Below, in pieces: positions 1 through 10,018 of a stretch of DNA of 64,000 nt; position 1 is the first letter of the stretch, and each line of letters starts with the position of its first letter. The stretch is from Candidatus Eiseniibacteriota bacterium. Its GTDB lineage: Bacteria; Eisenbacteria; RBG-16-71-46; CAIMUX01; VGJL01. Made by a program: the position numbers and the translations under genes. The stretch lies in NCBI GenBank assembly GCA_963792585.1, contig CAWBWI010000001.1, positions 896,001 through 960,000 of the forward strand. The letters are read 5' to 3'. The notes beneath the pieces are model-generated. The model was not told the origin of the DNA. It searched no databases and saw nothing but the letters and a program-made list of their open reading frames with translations.

Positions 1-858
1 CTCTCCGCCGAAGGGTCCGAGGAAGAAGCTGGCCGCAGGCTGTTCACGAACGATCATCCCGCTGACGGCGGAGGCGTAGGCGAGCGCATTCTCCACGACG
101 AACTGCACGCTCTCGGGATCGTAGGTGTCGGGATGGCCCGCCGCCGCGTACGCGCCCTTCGTGACCTCGCGCGCCACCGTGAAGACGACCGGGTCGCGCA
201 CCGGGACCACGAGGCGGGTTCCGTACTCCGCGGTCTTCTTCGCGACCTCGCCCAGGACGTTCAGCGAGGCCACGGTTCCGATGTCGGACACGTATCCCGT
301 CCCGGCAACGTAGAGGATCGGCCGGCCCATCTCGGTTGCGCGGCCGACGGCCTCGTCGACGGCGTCGAGGCCCGCGATCTTGCGGATGAACAGATGCTCC
401 CCCGACCGTGCGCGGCGAATGTAGTAGAGGATCAGGCTCACGAAGAGGACGATTGCGACCGCCACGCCCGTCAGATAGCCGTTGAACCACTGGGCCGAGC
501 TTGCGACGGCGGCCGTCGCTTCGGACGGCGCCTCGGCGCCCGTGTTGTCGATCGCGACGACTCGGTACCGATACGGCTTGCCGGTCTCCGCCTTGTCGTC
601 GACATAGCTGGTCGCGGAGCCGATCGCAACATCGTGGTCTGCGAACTCGCCCGAGCCGTCCGCCCGCTCGATCCGGTAGCGGAAGGCGCCGGGAGCCGCC
701 TGCCATCTGACAGTGAGGCTCCCGCCGCCGTCGTTCGGGCTGTCTGTCGCCCGAACTGCGGTCGGCGGACTCGGGGCGACTGCTGAGGTCTCGCCGGCTT
801 GCGCAAGGGCCGCACCGGCGATCAGCAGCAGGATCCAGGCGAACAGAATCCGTCTCAT
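1..858 (-). CDS. Exported FN3-domain membrane protein with DUF6754-like cytoplasmic domain (runs off the left edge)
   Basis: Manual translation from ATG 858: signal peptide MRRILFAWILLLIAGAALA, FN3-like (SPPTAVRATD..LTVRWQ..YRYRVVA), TM helix, then IRKIAGLDAVDEAVGRATEMGRPILY. Not in the ORF track because it is open at the edge. Confidence 0.65.
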   Translation of the reverse strand, partial: MRRILFAWILLLIAGAALAQAGETSAVAPSPPTAVRATDSPNDGGGSLTVRWQAAPGAFRYRIERADGSGEFADHDVAIGSATSYVDDKAETGKPYRYRVVAIDNTGAEAPSEATAAVASSAQWFNGYLTGVAVAIVLFVSLILYYIRRARSGEHLFIRKIAGLDAVDEAVGRATEMGRPILYVAGTGYVSDIGTVASLNVLGEVAKKTAEYGTRLVVPVRDPVVFTVAREVTKGAYAAAGHPDTYDPESVQFVVENALAYASAVSGMIVREQPAASFFLGPFGGE

Positions 859-1088
859 GGACTCACGTCCTCTGGTGAAGGTTTTCGGTTTCTTGGGGAA
901 TCGACGGGGATGGCGAAGACGGCGACGGAAGGAAGTGCGGGAGAACCGATCCGAACCCTTCCCATCCTCACCCCTCCTCCCCGTGCGCGTTCGTCCAGGG
1001 AAAGCAGCTCCCCCGAATCCACTGACAAGAGGATGGCCTATGCCGATCAGGGATTCAAGAATCAAGCGACGTTGGATCGCAAGAGAAT

Positions 1089-1541
1089 CTAATGCAACGC
1101 ATCCAGATGGCGGCGCAGACCATCGCCGTCCGGACGCTGAAGGCCGATCGCGGCAAGGGTGACGGCGATGAACGGAACCGCCTCCGCGATCGATCCCCCC
1201 AGCAGGACCAGAATCAGCCCGAGGATTGCCACCGCCTCGCTCATCGCCCAGCCGGCGACCATCGCGGCCTGCAGCCCGATCATCGCCGCGTACGGTTCAC
1301 GGTAGGCGCGGTTCATCAGCTGTCTGCGGACAACGAACGCCAGAATGAGCAGAACCCCGCCGAGCGCATAGAAGATCGGTCTCAGCTGCCCGACCGAATC
1401 CGGCGGCGTGATCGCCGCACTGCGACCGCGGGCAATGAGGAACCCGACGACGAGGTAGAGGATCGCCGCGCTAAGAAACGCCGCCCAGAGGACCCACAGG
1501 GTCCGTGTCATCCGCCGCAATTCCGTATCGCGCTCGCTCAT
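1089..1541 (-). CDS. Hypothetical 4-TM membrane protein
   Basis: MSERDTELRR.. with four hydrophobic segments; ATGA overlap with the upstream gene's stop and GGAAGG RBS. Confidence 0.7.
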   Translation of the reverse strand: MSERDTELRRMTRTLWVLWAAFLSAAILYLVVGFLIARGRSAAITPPDSVGQLRPIFYALGGVLLILAFVVRRQLMNRAYREPYAAMIGLQAAMVAGWAMSEAVAILGLILVLLGGSIAEAVPFIAVTLAAIGLQRPDGDGLRRHLDALH

Positions 1542-2542
1542 GGTACCCTTCCTTCCCTGCGGCCCCACGCCGCCTGAAGCCGTCGCGCGGCCGAGAGGAC
1601 GATCCCCGTCACGAACACGATGCTCCCGACGAGGAGCCAGACCGTTCCCGGCGCACGGCGGTAAGCCACGATAGCCGCCTCCGAGAGCCGCGCGTCGACC
1701 ATCTCGATCCCCGGCGCGTCCGACGCGATCCCGCGACTCAACAGGTGGGTCCCTTCCCTTGGACCCCCGACAACACGGACGCGCGCGATGGGAACCCGGT
1801 AGTCGGGCGGACCGAAGAGACGATCGAGAACCAGTCGCCCTCCGCCGGCCAGCGGACGCTCCTCCCCTACGGAGAGCGTGTCGGTCCGTCCATCGATGGA
1901 GAGAACCGCTCCGCCCACCATCGGCTGCATGCGCATCAAGATGAGCATCCGCGTGCCTCCCGCCCAACGGGCCGGAGCGTTCGGCGCGGCACGCATCCTC
2001 GCCGGAGCCGAGCCCGGTCGCGTCACCTCGAAATCCCCCGCTTGCCAGCGGATGGCTCCGTCCGGATAGTGGCGCGTCTGCGTGCCGAGCAGGCGTGCCT
2101 GGACCTCTCCAACGTGCGTCGGCCGATCCCCCACCACCGCAAAGCTCTCGCTCCCATACCAGCCGCCGATCGCGTGGGCCACGAGCGCGATCCCCACGCC
2201 GACGTGCGCGAGGATCGTGCCGTACGCCCGCGGATCCCGATCCCGCATCCGCAACCGCTTGCGCAGCGCGTCGAGCGTGCAACAGGCAAGGCTCAGGCCG
2301 AGGAACGCGCAGCATGCGAGGATCGCCCAGAACCAGGCGTCGATCGGGCGCACCCGCGCGAAGAAGAAGCGGATGTCGTCCCCCTGGAGCCCCTCGTACG
2401 CGCCCGGCACCCGCTCGCGGACGATGCTCCCGATGACGAAGAGGAGCGCGAGGACGAGAAGTGCCCAGATCCCGGTGTCATTCGCGGCGAGGAGGCGCCA
2501 TGCGCGCGTCCAGAGGCCGGCTCGCCGATCAATCGAAGCCAT
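1538..2542 (-). CDS. ResB/Ccs1-like cytochrome c biogenesis protein
   Basis: Three N-terminal TMs with His in 'ILAHVGV', large periplasmic region, C-terminal TM after 'RRAPG'; directly downstream of the CcsA-like gene. Confidence 0.6.
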   Translation of the reverse strand: MASIDRRAGLWTRAWRLLAANDTGIWALLVLALLFVIGSIVRERVPGAYEGLQGDDIRFFFARVRPIDAWFWAILACCAFLGLSLACCTLDALRKRLRMRDRDPRAYGTILAHVGVGIALVAHAIGGWYGSESFAVVGDRPTHVGEVQARLLGTQTRHYPDGAIRWQAGDFEVTRPGSAPARMRAAPNAPARWAGGTRMLILMRMQPMVGGAVLSIDGRTDTLSVGEERPLAGGGRLVLDRLFGPPDYRVPIARVRVVGGPREGTHLLSRGIASDAPGIEMVDARLSEAAIVAYRRAPGTVWLLVGSIVFVTGIVLSAARRLQAAWGRREGRVP

Positions 2543-3311
2543 GCATGCTCGTCCGGAAGAACGCAACGCCGAGATAGGCCAAACCCATCAGGATCCAGGC
2601 CGGAATGGCGAGGATCGCCCGCAGCCGCGGGCGCGGTTCGAGGGCGGTCAGGTGCGCGAGCGCCCCGTAAGCGAGCCAGAGGGCGACCGACAGCTCCATC
2701 TTCGGATCCCAGAGGAAGACGAAGCCCCAGGCCAGGTATCCCCAGATTCCGCCGGTGACCATCGAAACGCTGAAGATATGGAAGCCCCAGATGATGAGGG
2801 ACCGGTTCCGCGAATCCCACGAAGCCGTATCGGCGACACCCGGCGAGGTCGCGAGCCTCACGACGGATACCGCGAAGGCGGCGTTCCAGATCCCGTATGC
2901 CACGAAGGAGAGTGGCACATGAATCACATACCAGACCGTGACGAGAAGAGACACCGGGTGGCGCGGCGCGGGCCAGGCCGCGAGACTCCAGGCGAGCAGT
3001 CCCAGGGGCGGGAGCAGGAGGAGCGATCGGTAGAGCCGCCATCGCGCATCGGGGCTCTCAGGGGCCCATCGGTCCGTGAAGAGGGCGACGCCCATCGCGC
3101 ACAGCACGAAGCCGGCCACCGACTCGGGGCGCTGTGTCAGGGGGACGTAGCCGATCGCAAAACCCCGTAGCACCAGCGCGATCGCGAGGGCCGCGAACCC
3201 GGCCATGAGGACGAATCGGCCCGCTCTGGGGCGAAACCAGCCGACACAGATCGAGGCCGCCAGGTCGGCCGCAGCGAGGCCCAGAAGCGGCAGCTCGAGA
3301 GATCGCATCAT
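2529..3311 (-). CDS. ccsA: Cytochrome c biogenesis protein CcsA/ResC
   Basis: WWD motif GGIWGYLAWGFVFLWDPK, His in 'WYVIHVP', C-terminal 'SMHGF', multiple TMs. Confidence 0.85.
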   Translation of the reverse strand: MMRSLELPLLGLAAADLAASICVGWFRPRAGRFVLMAGFAALAIALVLRGFAIGYVPLTQRPESVAGFVLCAMGVALFTDRWAPESPDARWRLYRSLLLLPPLGLLAWSLAAWPAPRHPVSLLVTVWYVIHVPLSFVAYGIWNAAFAVSVVRLATSPGVADTASWDSRNRSLIIWGFHIFSVSMVTGGIWGYLAWGFVFLWDPKMELSVALWLAYGALAHLTALEPRPRLRAILAIPAWILMGLAYLGVAFFRTSMHGFD

Positions 3312-3422
3312 CGGCCGCACGATAGCCGGGCACGAAGCCTCCGGCAAGTCCGCCAATCCCGGCTGGCCCCGGTCGTTTGCCGGCAGCTATGATCCCGCGC
3401 AACGCCCCTACCGGAGGAACCG

Positions 3423-3698
3423 ATGCTGAAGCTCTTCTTCTCCACCTTTGCCCTGATCTTCCTCGCCGAGCTGGGCGACAAGACCCAGCTGGCCACCCTC
3501 GCCATTACCAGCCACGCGAAGCAGCCGGGCGGCCCCTGGATCGTCTTCGGAGGCGCCGCGCTCGCGCTCATTGCGACCTCGGCCATCGCCGTGCTCGCGG
3601 GTGGTTTTGTCGCGAGGAGCGTGCCGCCGCACCTGATTCGGTGGATATCCGGGTCACTCTTCATCGCGGCGGGGGCCTGGACCCTGATCAAGGGTTGA
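3423..3698 (+). CDS. TMEM165/GDT1 (UPF0016) family single-repeat Mn/Ca transporter
   Basis: Signature AELGDKTQL, 3 TMs, GGAGG RBS. Confidence 0.9.
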   Translation: MLKLFFSTFALIFLAELGDKTQLATLAITSHAKQPGGPWIVFGGAALALIATSAIAVLAGGFVARSVPPHLIRWISGSLFIAAGAWTLIKG

Positions 3699-3780
3699 GC
3701 AAAGCGAGGGAGAAGATGCGGGAGAGAGCGAGGGAGAGGACGCGTGGCGCCCTCTCCCCATCCGTCCTACTTGGCAAACC

Positions 3781-6180
3781 CTACCGCGCGGTCTTCGCGA
3801 ACGCCTCCGCGTAGCCCTGGATCGCGGCCCACTGAGCCGGACCGTCGAGGCCGGCCTCCGCCAGGACCATCTCCGCCTGGCCGCTGCCCGGGTAGCGTCC
3901 CTTCACGAAAGCGTGCAACGACCGGGCGCGTCCCTCTTCGGAACAGACCCACCGGTAGATCGTCGCCATCGTGAACCCGGTGATCCCCATCGCCTCGCGG
4001 GCGCGGGCTGCCGGGAAGATCGTCTCCTTCTCAGCTTCGGGCAACAGATCGAACAGCTCGGCGCTGGTCACGAGATAGACGTTCATCTTGTAGCCGGCCG
4101 CGTCGAGGCGCGGCAGGACGTAGTCGACGAAGGCGTAGACGATCCCGCTCTCCTGGAGAACGACCGTCCCGTGATACGGCTTTCCGGACGGATCGGCCGT
4201 GCGCAGCGCGTAAATACCCTTCACGGCATCCGTCGCCGGCGGCATCTTCAGCGCGGCCCTATCCGGAACCGTCTCGTTCGGCCGGGTGACGAAGGGCGCC
4301 AGGAGCGCCGGGCGGGCCTTGAGCGCGGCGATCGTGAGCGGCCAGAGTTCCTGCGGCTCCCACGGCGTGAGCGTGATCGCCGTCCCCCTCGGGAAGTTCT
4401 CTTGCAGGAGCTGCAGGGCCTGGGGATCGGCATGCGTCGGTCCGTCCTCCCCTGTCTTCAGCCCCGCGTGCGCGCAGACCATCACGAAGGTCCTCGACGG
4501 ATCGCCCGAGACCTCGTGGCGCGCTTGCTGTCCGATCCCGTGCAGACGGGCGGCGACGTGCTGGAGCGCCGCGATGAAGGCGGCGTAGGAGGAACCGACG
4601 CCCAGGTGCACGCCGTAGGTCGAGAGGCCGGCCAGGAATGCGCCGATGCAGTCCTCGCAGATCCCGCCGCAGGCCACCAGTCGCGAACCGGCATTCGAGC
4701 GCGCATGGAAGAAACCCGCAGGGAACTCCTTGTCGATGTTGGAAACGCTGGTCGAACCGAGCAGGTCGGCTGACGCGGCGAAGACGCCGCCCTTCGTCGC
4801 CCGGTTCACGTACCCCAGAGCGTCGCCGAGCGCGGCGCGCAGGGTGGCGCTCGACCCGGGCTGGAGCTGGAGTTCGGGCGGGATCTGGTCCGCGCGGATC
4901 GCGTCGCTGTAGAGGGGCGCCAGGTCCGGATGGCCGGCGCGCATCTTGCGACCCTGACGCTTCAGGCTCGCCGACCGCTCGGCGATCGCAGCGGCGAGAC
5001 GCTTGCCAAGACCTTCCTTCTCCACCACCTGACGGAAGACAAGGAGCGTCTCCCAGAAGGTCCTCTCGACGTTGTCGGGGGCTTTGTTGCCGTCGAACCG
5101 CGGGAAGGTCACGCCGCAGGCGCTCTCCATCTCCTTGAGGGAGCCGTAGTATTCATCAGAGCAGAACTTGTGGCCCGCCCCGTGCGATGCTCGCCCCTCG
5201 ATTCCATAGCGCCATCCCTTGACCGTGCGGTAGACGATCGCGGTGGGCTGATCGTTCGGATGCCGCCGCGCGAGTTCCACCGCGGCGAGGACCTGGCGGA
5301 TGTCGCTTCCGTCGTCCACCCGGTAGACGTTCCAGTCGTGCAGGTAGCACATCTCGATCGGGTTCCACTGGACGTAGTCGCCCGGCTTCTCGCCGTCCCG
5401 GCAGACGCGGTTCGAGTCGATGCTCGCCTGATTCCAGTCGACGTGGAGGAACGCGTTGAGAAGACCAGCGGTCGCCCCGGTCGCGAGCGCTTCGGAAACG
5501 CGGCCCGGGGTCATCCCGCCCTCGCCCTCGAGGAGGTGGACGTGCGGCGCGTCGTCGGGACCGAAAGCGTCCAGAGCCCCCATCGCCAGGCCGAGCCCCG
5601 CAGGGATCCCCACGCCCGATGCGCCGGTCGCAACTTTCACACCCGGAGTGGTCGGCGTCGGGTGGCCGTCGAGCGCCTTCGCGTGGAACTTCTTGAAGAG
5701 CGCCGTCGTGGTCGTCGGATTGCGGCGGAATCCCAGCAGATCCTCGAGGCGCAATTGCTTGCGCTCATCCTTGGGGAGCAAGTCGGGAGCGCCTGCGCGC
5801 ACGATCTCGTTCCGCAGCGCCCACATCGAGTAGAGGCCCATCGCCTTGTGCCCTGCGGCGTAGACGAGGAGATCGTTCGTCCGCTCGTCGGGATCCGTGA
5901 AATCGTAGTCGAGAAGGGCGAAGAGCAGCGCGCCGACGATCCTGCCCGACGAGATGGAGCCGCCGGGATGACCGGAGGTCGGCACGAAGTTGTACAGAAC
6001 CCCGCACATCGTTCGGTAGAGCAGGTCATAGCGTTCCAGATCGGTGATCAGAGCCTGACTCGGCTCGCGGCCGGGCACGCGCCCCGCATTCAGCTCTTCC
6101 GTCACGGGGACGTAGATCGCCCGTCGCGGACCGAATCCTAGGGTATGCGATTGAAGGCCGCTGGCGGTCGTCGTCATCAT
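3781..6180 (-). CDS. Transketolase-like TPP enzyme (divergent)
   Basis: SGHPGGSIS, AGHK, LDGHP, TVKG..SHG, SADL, GICE, GEDGPTH motifs; GGGAGG RBS. Confidence 0.85.
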   Translation of the reverse strand: MMTTTASGLQSHTLGFGPRRAIYVPVTEELNAGRVPGREPSQALITDLERYDLLYRTMCGVLYNFVPTSGHPGGSISSGRIVGALLFALLDYDFTDPDERTNDLLVYAAGHKAMGLYSMWALRNEIVRAGAPDLLPKDERKQLRLEDLLGFRRNPTTTTALFKKFHAKALDGHPTPTTPGVKVATGASGVGIPAGLGLAMGALDAFGPDDAPHVHLLEGEGGMTPGRVSEALATGATAGLLNAFLHVDWNQASIDSNRVCRDGEKPGDYVQWNPIEMCYLHDWNVYRVDDGSDIRQVLAAVELARRHPNDQPTAIVYRTVKGWRYGIEGRASHGAGHKFCSDEYYGSLKEMESACGVTFPRFDGNKAPDNVERTFWETLLVFRQVVEKEGLGKRLAAAIAERSASLKRQGRKMRAGHPDLAPLYSDAIRADQIPPELQLQPGSSATLRAALGDALGYVNRATKGGVFAASADLLGSTSVSNIDKEFPAGFFHARSNAGSRLVACGGICEDCIGAFLAGLSTYGVHLGVGSSYAAFIAALQHVAARLHGIGQQARHEVSGDPSRTFVMVCAHAGLKTGEDGPTHADPQALQLLQENFPRGTAITLTPWEPQELWPLTIAALKARPALLAPFVTRPNETVPDRAALKMPPATDAVKGIYALRTADPSGKPYHGTVVLQESGIVYAFVDYVLPRLDAAGYKMNVYLVTSAELFDLLPEAEKETIFPAARAREAMGITGFTMATIYRWVCSEEGRARSLHAFVKGRYPGSGQAEMVLAEAGLDGPAQWAAIQGYAEAFAKTAR

Positions 6181-6227
6181 CGTCCTCCCTTCCCCAAACA
6201 CGCCTGCGTATGCAGAATCCCTAATGA

Positions 6228-6256
6228 AGATTAGTCGAGCGTGATGGGCGGGGCAA
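6228..6256 (-). promoter_or_regulatory. Putative sigma70 promoter of the transketolase-like gene
   Basis: Minus strand TTGCCC-N17-TAATCT. Confidence 0.4.
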
Positions 6257-6268
6257 GGGAGAACCCCC

Positions 6269-7645
6269 TCACGGGCGCAGGCCCGCCCACCGATTCGCGA
6301 GTTCCTTCGCCTCCTTGACGCAGCTGTTGATGGCCACCCCCCGGTAGGAATTGCCCGTCAGATGCAGACCGGGCGAACGCTCCAGGGACTCGGATATTCG
6401 TTCGAGCCGCCGTCCATGGCCGACGGCGTACTGCGGAATCCCGAGGTGGTGGCGGAAGATCCAGATCCTGCGCGGCGCCGCCTCGATTCCCATGCTCCGC
6501 TTCAGGTCCTCGCGCACGATTGCGAGCAGGTCGGCGTCCTGCAGGCGGACCGCCTCCGGATCCTGCGCGCCACCGATCATCGCGCGCATGAGGACCCACC
6601 CGGTCGGGGCTCTGTAGGAGAAGATGCTCGAATCCCAGAGACACCCCAGCACCCGGAGCCCCTGCCCCCGGGGCGCGAGGAAACCGAATCCATCCGGAGG
6701 TTCCGACGGCATGTCATCCGTCCGGTAGGCGAGCGCCACCACCGCCAATCCGGCGTAGGCGATCCCCTCGAGGTCCGTCGCCAGCCCGCCATCGAGAGGA
6801 CGCAGGAAGCGGGCCGCCGCCCTTGAGGGGGCCGCGACGATCAGGCGCCGCGCCTCGATCCGATCCGCACCAGTGCCGACTTCATATGCGTCCCCGGAAC
6901 GCGTCACGGAAAGGACCGGCCGATCGAGCCGGATGCGTTCGGGACCGATCCGCTCGGCGAGACGGTCGATCAGGCTCTCCATTCCGTCCCGAAACGAGGT
7001 CAGGACGCCTGCCGGCCCCGCAGGGCCTCCGGCGCGCGCCGCGCGTCTTGCCCGCTGGCGACGCGCGATCAAGGCGCGCACGAGGCTTCCGTGCTCGCGC
7101 TCCATCTCGGCCATCTTCGGGAACGTGCTTTCGAGCGAGAGCGTTCGCGAGTCGCCCGCGTACACCCCGGACACCATCGAGTCGACGAGGATCTCGGCGG
7201 CCTCTCGACCGATCCGACGCGACGCGAAGGCGAAGACCGTCTCATCGCCATCGGGCCTTCCGCGCGCGAACGGTTCGCCGAGAACGCGCAGTCGCCCCCG
7301 CACGGTGAGCAGATTCGAGGCAAGGAAGGCGGGAGGTTTGAGCGGAACCTCGCGCAGGCGCCCTGCGCGAAAGATGAAGCGCTTCCCGGCCGCGTCGCCC
7401 GCAGGGGTGACCGCGTCGCGGAGACCGATTCGGTCGATGAGTTCGAGAGTTTCCGGAACGCTGTCGAGGAAGCCGTTCACGCCCCACTCGACCGTGAAGC
7501 CGTCCTCGCGAGTTGTGCGGATGTTCCCCCCGAGCCGCCCCTCGGACTCGAGGACGATCAGCGAGGCGTCGGGCCGCACCCACAGGATCTCGCTCGCGCA
7601 GGAGAGCCCTGCGATCCCACCGCCGATCACGGCCCAGTCGAACAT
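6269..7645 (-). CDS. hemY: Protoporphyrinogen oxidase, HemY type
   Basis: VIGGGIAGL FAD motif, GGNIRT, SGVYAGD, GFGFL, GIPQY, GNSYRGV; TGATG coupling with hemH. Confidence 0.92.
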   Translation of the reverse strand: MFDWAVIGGGIAGLSCASEILWVRPDASLIVLESEGRLGGNIRTTREDGFTVEWGVNGFLDSVPETLELIDRIGLRDAVTPAGDAAGKRFIFRAGRLREVPLKPPAFLASNLLTVRGRLRVLGEPFARGRPDGDETVFAFASRRIGREAAEILVDSMVSGVYAGDSRTLSLESTFPKMAEMEREHGSLVRALIARRQRARRAARAGGPAGPAGVLTSFRDGMESLIDRLAERIGPERIRLDRPVLSVTRSGDAYEVGTGADRIEARRLIVAAPSRAAARFLRPLDGGLATDLEGIAYAGLAVVALAYRTDDMPSEPPDGFGFLAPRGQGLRVLGCLWDSSIFSYRAPTGWVLMRAMIGGAQDPEAVRLQDADLLAIVREDLKRSMGIEAAPRRIWIFRHHLGIPQYAVGHGRRLERISESLERSPGLHLTGNSYRGVAINSCVKEAKELANRWAGLRP

Positions 7646-8616
7646 CAGCTCCCGCCCTGCAAGAGCGGCTCGACGAGGTCGGCCAGCGTGCTCACGAAAC
7701 GCGCCGAATCGTTGAGCGATCCCACCCGCACGAACCGGCGGATCCCCACCCCGGCGGCGAGATCCCGGAAGAGGATGTCGATCTCGTAGAGGGTCTCGAT
7801 GTGGTCGGACACGAAAGCGATCGGCACCACCACGACGCACGGGTGGCCGGCGAGTCGCTCGATCGTTTCGTCGGTGCCGGGCCCGACCCAGCGCACGGGC
7901 CCCGTGCGGCTCTGGAAGGCAAGGCGGTGTTCGTTCGGAAGGTCGAGGAGGCTCACGACGGCATCGACCGTTTCGCGGATCTGCCCCACGTACGGATCCC
8001 CACGACGCGGCAGCGACTCCGGCACGCCGTGGGCGCTGAAGAGGATCAGCGCCGCGTGGCGATCCGCCTCGCTCAGGGTAGCCAGCGTCTCCTGGATCCG
8101 CTCTACGATCGACGCGAGATAGCCGGGTTCGAGATGGTAGCTGCGGATCGGGACGATCTCGAGCCCGGGAGCGATTCGATCGCGGGCCCGCATCAGCGCA
8201 TCGAGACTCGATCCGGTCGTCGCGACGCACTCGTGCGGGTAGAGAGGCAGGGCGATCGCCCTCGTCTCCGCGGCATCACGCAGAGCGGTGACGACGTCCT
8301 CGGAACCCGGAGACGTATATCGCATGGCAATGGGTACGCGCGTCCCGGCGAATCCCCGCCGTTCGAGTTCCGCCTCCAACCCCGCCGCCTGCACGCGCGT
8401 GATGCGCAGAAGTGGGGATCCTCCGCCGATCTGCGCGTAGTAACCGCGGACCTTCGGGCTCCGGAACGTCGAGATCATCCGCGCGAAGAGGGGTTGCACC
8501 AGGCGTCCTCCCGGCAGCTCGATGATCATCGGATCCGAGAACAGGTTCCGCAGGAACGGGCGAACGTCGTCCAGGGTGGACGGTCCGCCGAGATTCATCA
8601 GGACGACCGCGGCCAT
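7645..8616 (-). CDS. hemH: Ferrochelatase
   Basis: LMNLGGP, IGGGSPL, MRY, LPLYP, FSAHG, FQSR, FVSDHIETLYEID. Confidence 0.97.
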   Translation of the reverse strand: MAAVVLMNLGGPSTLDDVRPFLRNLFSDPMIIELPGGRLVQPLFARMISTFRSPKVRGYYAQIGGGSPLLRITRVQAAGLEAELERRGFAGTRVPIAMRYTSPGSEDVVTALRDAAETRAIALPLYPHECVATTGSSLDALMRARDRIAPGLEIVPIRSYHLEPGYLASIVERIQETLATLSEADRHAALILFSAHGVPESLPRRGDPYVGQIRETVDAVVSLLDLPNEHRLAFQSRTGPVRWVGPGTDETIERLAGHPCVVVVPIAFVSDHIETLYEIDILFRDLAAGVGIRRFVRVGSLNDSARFVSTLADLVEPLLQGGS

Positions 8617-8617
8617 C

Positions 8618-10012
8618 CTAGACGGTGCGCGAGAAGGTCGGCTTCCCGTCGGCCTGCTTCGCCCTCAGGTACCGGTCGAAGATCATGCATATGTTTCGCA
8701 CGAAAAGCCGACCCGTCTGGGTGACGCGAATCGCCGTTTCATCGACCTCGACGAAACCGTGGCCGACCGGCCCCTTGAGTTCGCCCAACTCCAATGCGAA
8801 TCGCTCCGCGAACCGGATCCCGAACTTCGCCTCGACCGCCGGAATGTCGAGAACGAAATTGCACATGAGGTTCGAGATCACGTGCCGCCGCAGCTTGTCG
8901 TCGTCGTCGAGGACATAGCCCCGCTCGATGGGCAATCTTCCAGCGTCGAGCGCCTCATAGTAGGTCGACAGCTTCTTGACGTTCTGGGCGAAAGCTCCGC
9001 GCACGTCCCCGATCGAGGAAACGCCGAGCCCGAGCTGATCGGCCGCGGGCATGACGGTATAGCCCATGAAATTCCTCTGAAGACGCCCCTGCGCCTGCGC
9101 AATCGACATCTCGTCCTCGGGCAGCGCGAAATGGTCCATTCCGATCTGGCGGTATCCGGCCTCCAGGAAGGCGGCCATCGCCTGTCCGAACAGCTCGAAC
9201 TTGACCGCCGGGGTCGGCAGGGTCGCCGGATCGGTCTTCTTCTGGTTCCCACGGATCCAGGGAACGAAGGCGAAGCTGTAGACCGCGACCCGGTCCGGAC
9301 GCATGCCGACGATCTGATCGAGGTTCTTCGCGAACATCTCGATCGACTGCATGGGCAGGCCGTAGATCAAGTCCACGTTGATCGAGGCGAACCCCGCCTT
9401 CCTGCAGTACTCGTAGAGCTCGATCGTTTCCTCGAGTCCTTGATTGCGGGCGATCGCCGCCTGCACTTCCGGCGTGAAGTCCTGGATGCCCATGCTGAGC
9501 CGGTTGAAACCGGCCTCGCGCAGGTAGTCGATCTGCTCGTGGCTCGTCACGCGTGGATCGACCTCGATCGCGACCTCGGCCTCCGGGAGGATCCGGAACT
9601 GTGCGCGGATCGCCTCCATCAGCTCCCGCATCTCGGCGACGGTGTGGTAGGTGGGAGTCCCGCCCCCCCAGTGAAGCTGGTTCACCCGGCGACGGTGCGG
9701 AAGCCGCGAGGCGATCAAGTCGATCTCGCGCTCGAGATAGTCGAGGTAGCGCTGCGCCACGCCCGCCTTCTTGTTGATGATCACGTGACAGCCGCAGAAC
9801 GTGCATCGCTCCTGACAGAACGGGAGGTGGACATAGAGCGAGAGCGGCTCGTCGAGGCCGTCGGCCTCCGCGAGCCTCCCTTCATAGGCCCCGCAGTCGA
9901 ACGACTCGTTGAACTCGATCGCCGTTGGGTAGCTCGTATACCGCGGCCCCGGCCGGTCGTACCGGCGCAACAGCTCCGCCGTGACCTTTGCGGTGGGCGT
10001 CTCCCGTGCCAT
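8618..10012 (-). CDS. hemN: Oxygen-independent coproporphyrinogen III oxidase (radical SAM)
   Basis: GPRYTSYPTA, LYVHLPFC-x3-C-x2-C, WGGGTP, IGMDHF, RNFMGY, FSRTV terminus. Confidence 0.97.
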   Translation of the reverse strand: MARETPTAKVTAELLRRYDRPGPRYTSYPTAIEFNESFDCGAYEGRLAEADGLDEPLSLYVHLPFCQERCTFCGCHVIINKKAGVAQRYLDYLEREIDLIASRLPHRRRVNQLHWGGGTPTYHTVAEMRELMEAIRAQFRILPEAEVAIEVDPRVTSHEQIDYLREAGFNRLSMGIQDFTPEVQAAIARNQGLEETIELYEYCRKAGFASINVDLIYGLPMQSIEMFAKNLDQIVGMRPDRVAVYSFAFVPWIRGNQKKTDPATLPTPAVKFELFGQAMAAFLEAGYRQIGMDHFALPEDEMSIAQAQGRLQRNFMGYTVMPAADQLGLGVSSIGDVRGAFAQNVKKLSTYYEALDAGRLPIERGYVLDDDDKLRRHVISNLMCNFVLDIPAVEAKFGIRFAERFALELGELKGPVGHGFVEVDETAIRVTQTGRLFVRNICMIFDRYLRAKQADGKPTFSRTV

Positions 10013-10018
10013 CGCTCT

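Noticed and set aside
3699..3780. AGCGAGGGAGA direct repeat and imperfect hairpin between convergent genes
   Set aside because: Only two copies; consistent with an ordinary weak terminator region, not a CRISPR or element end.
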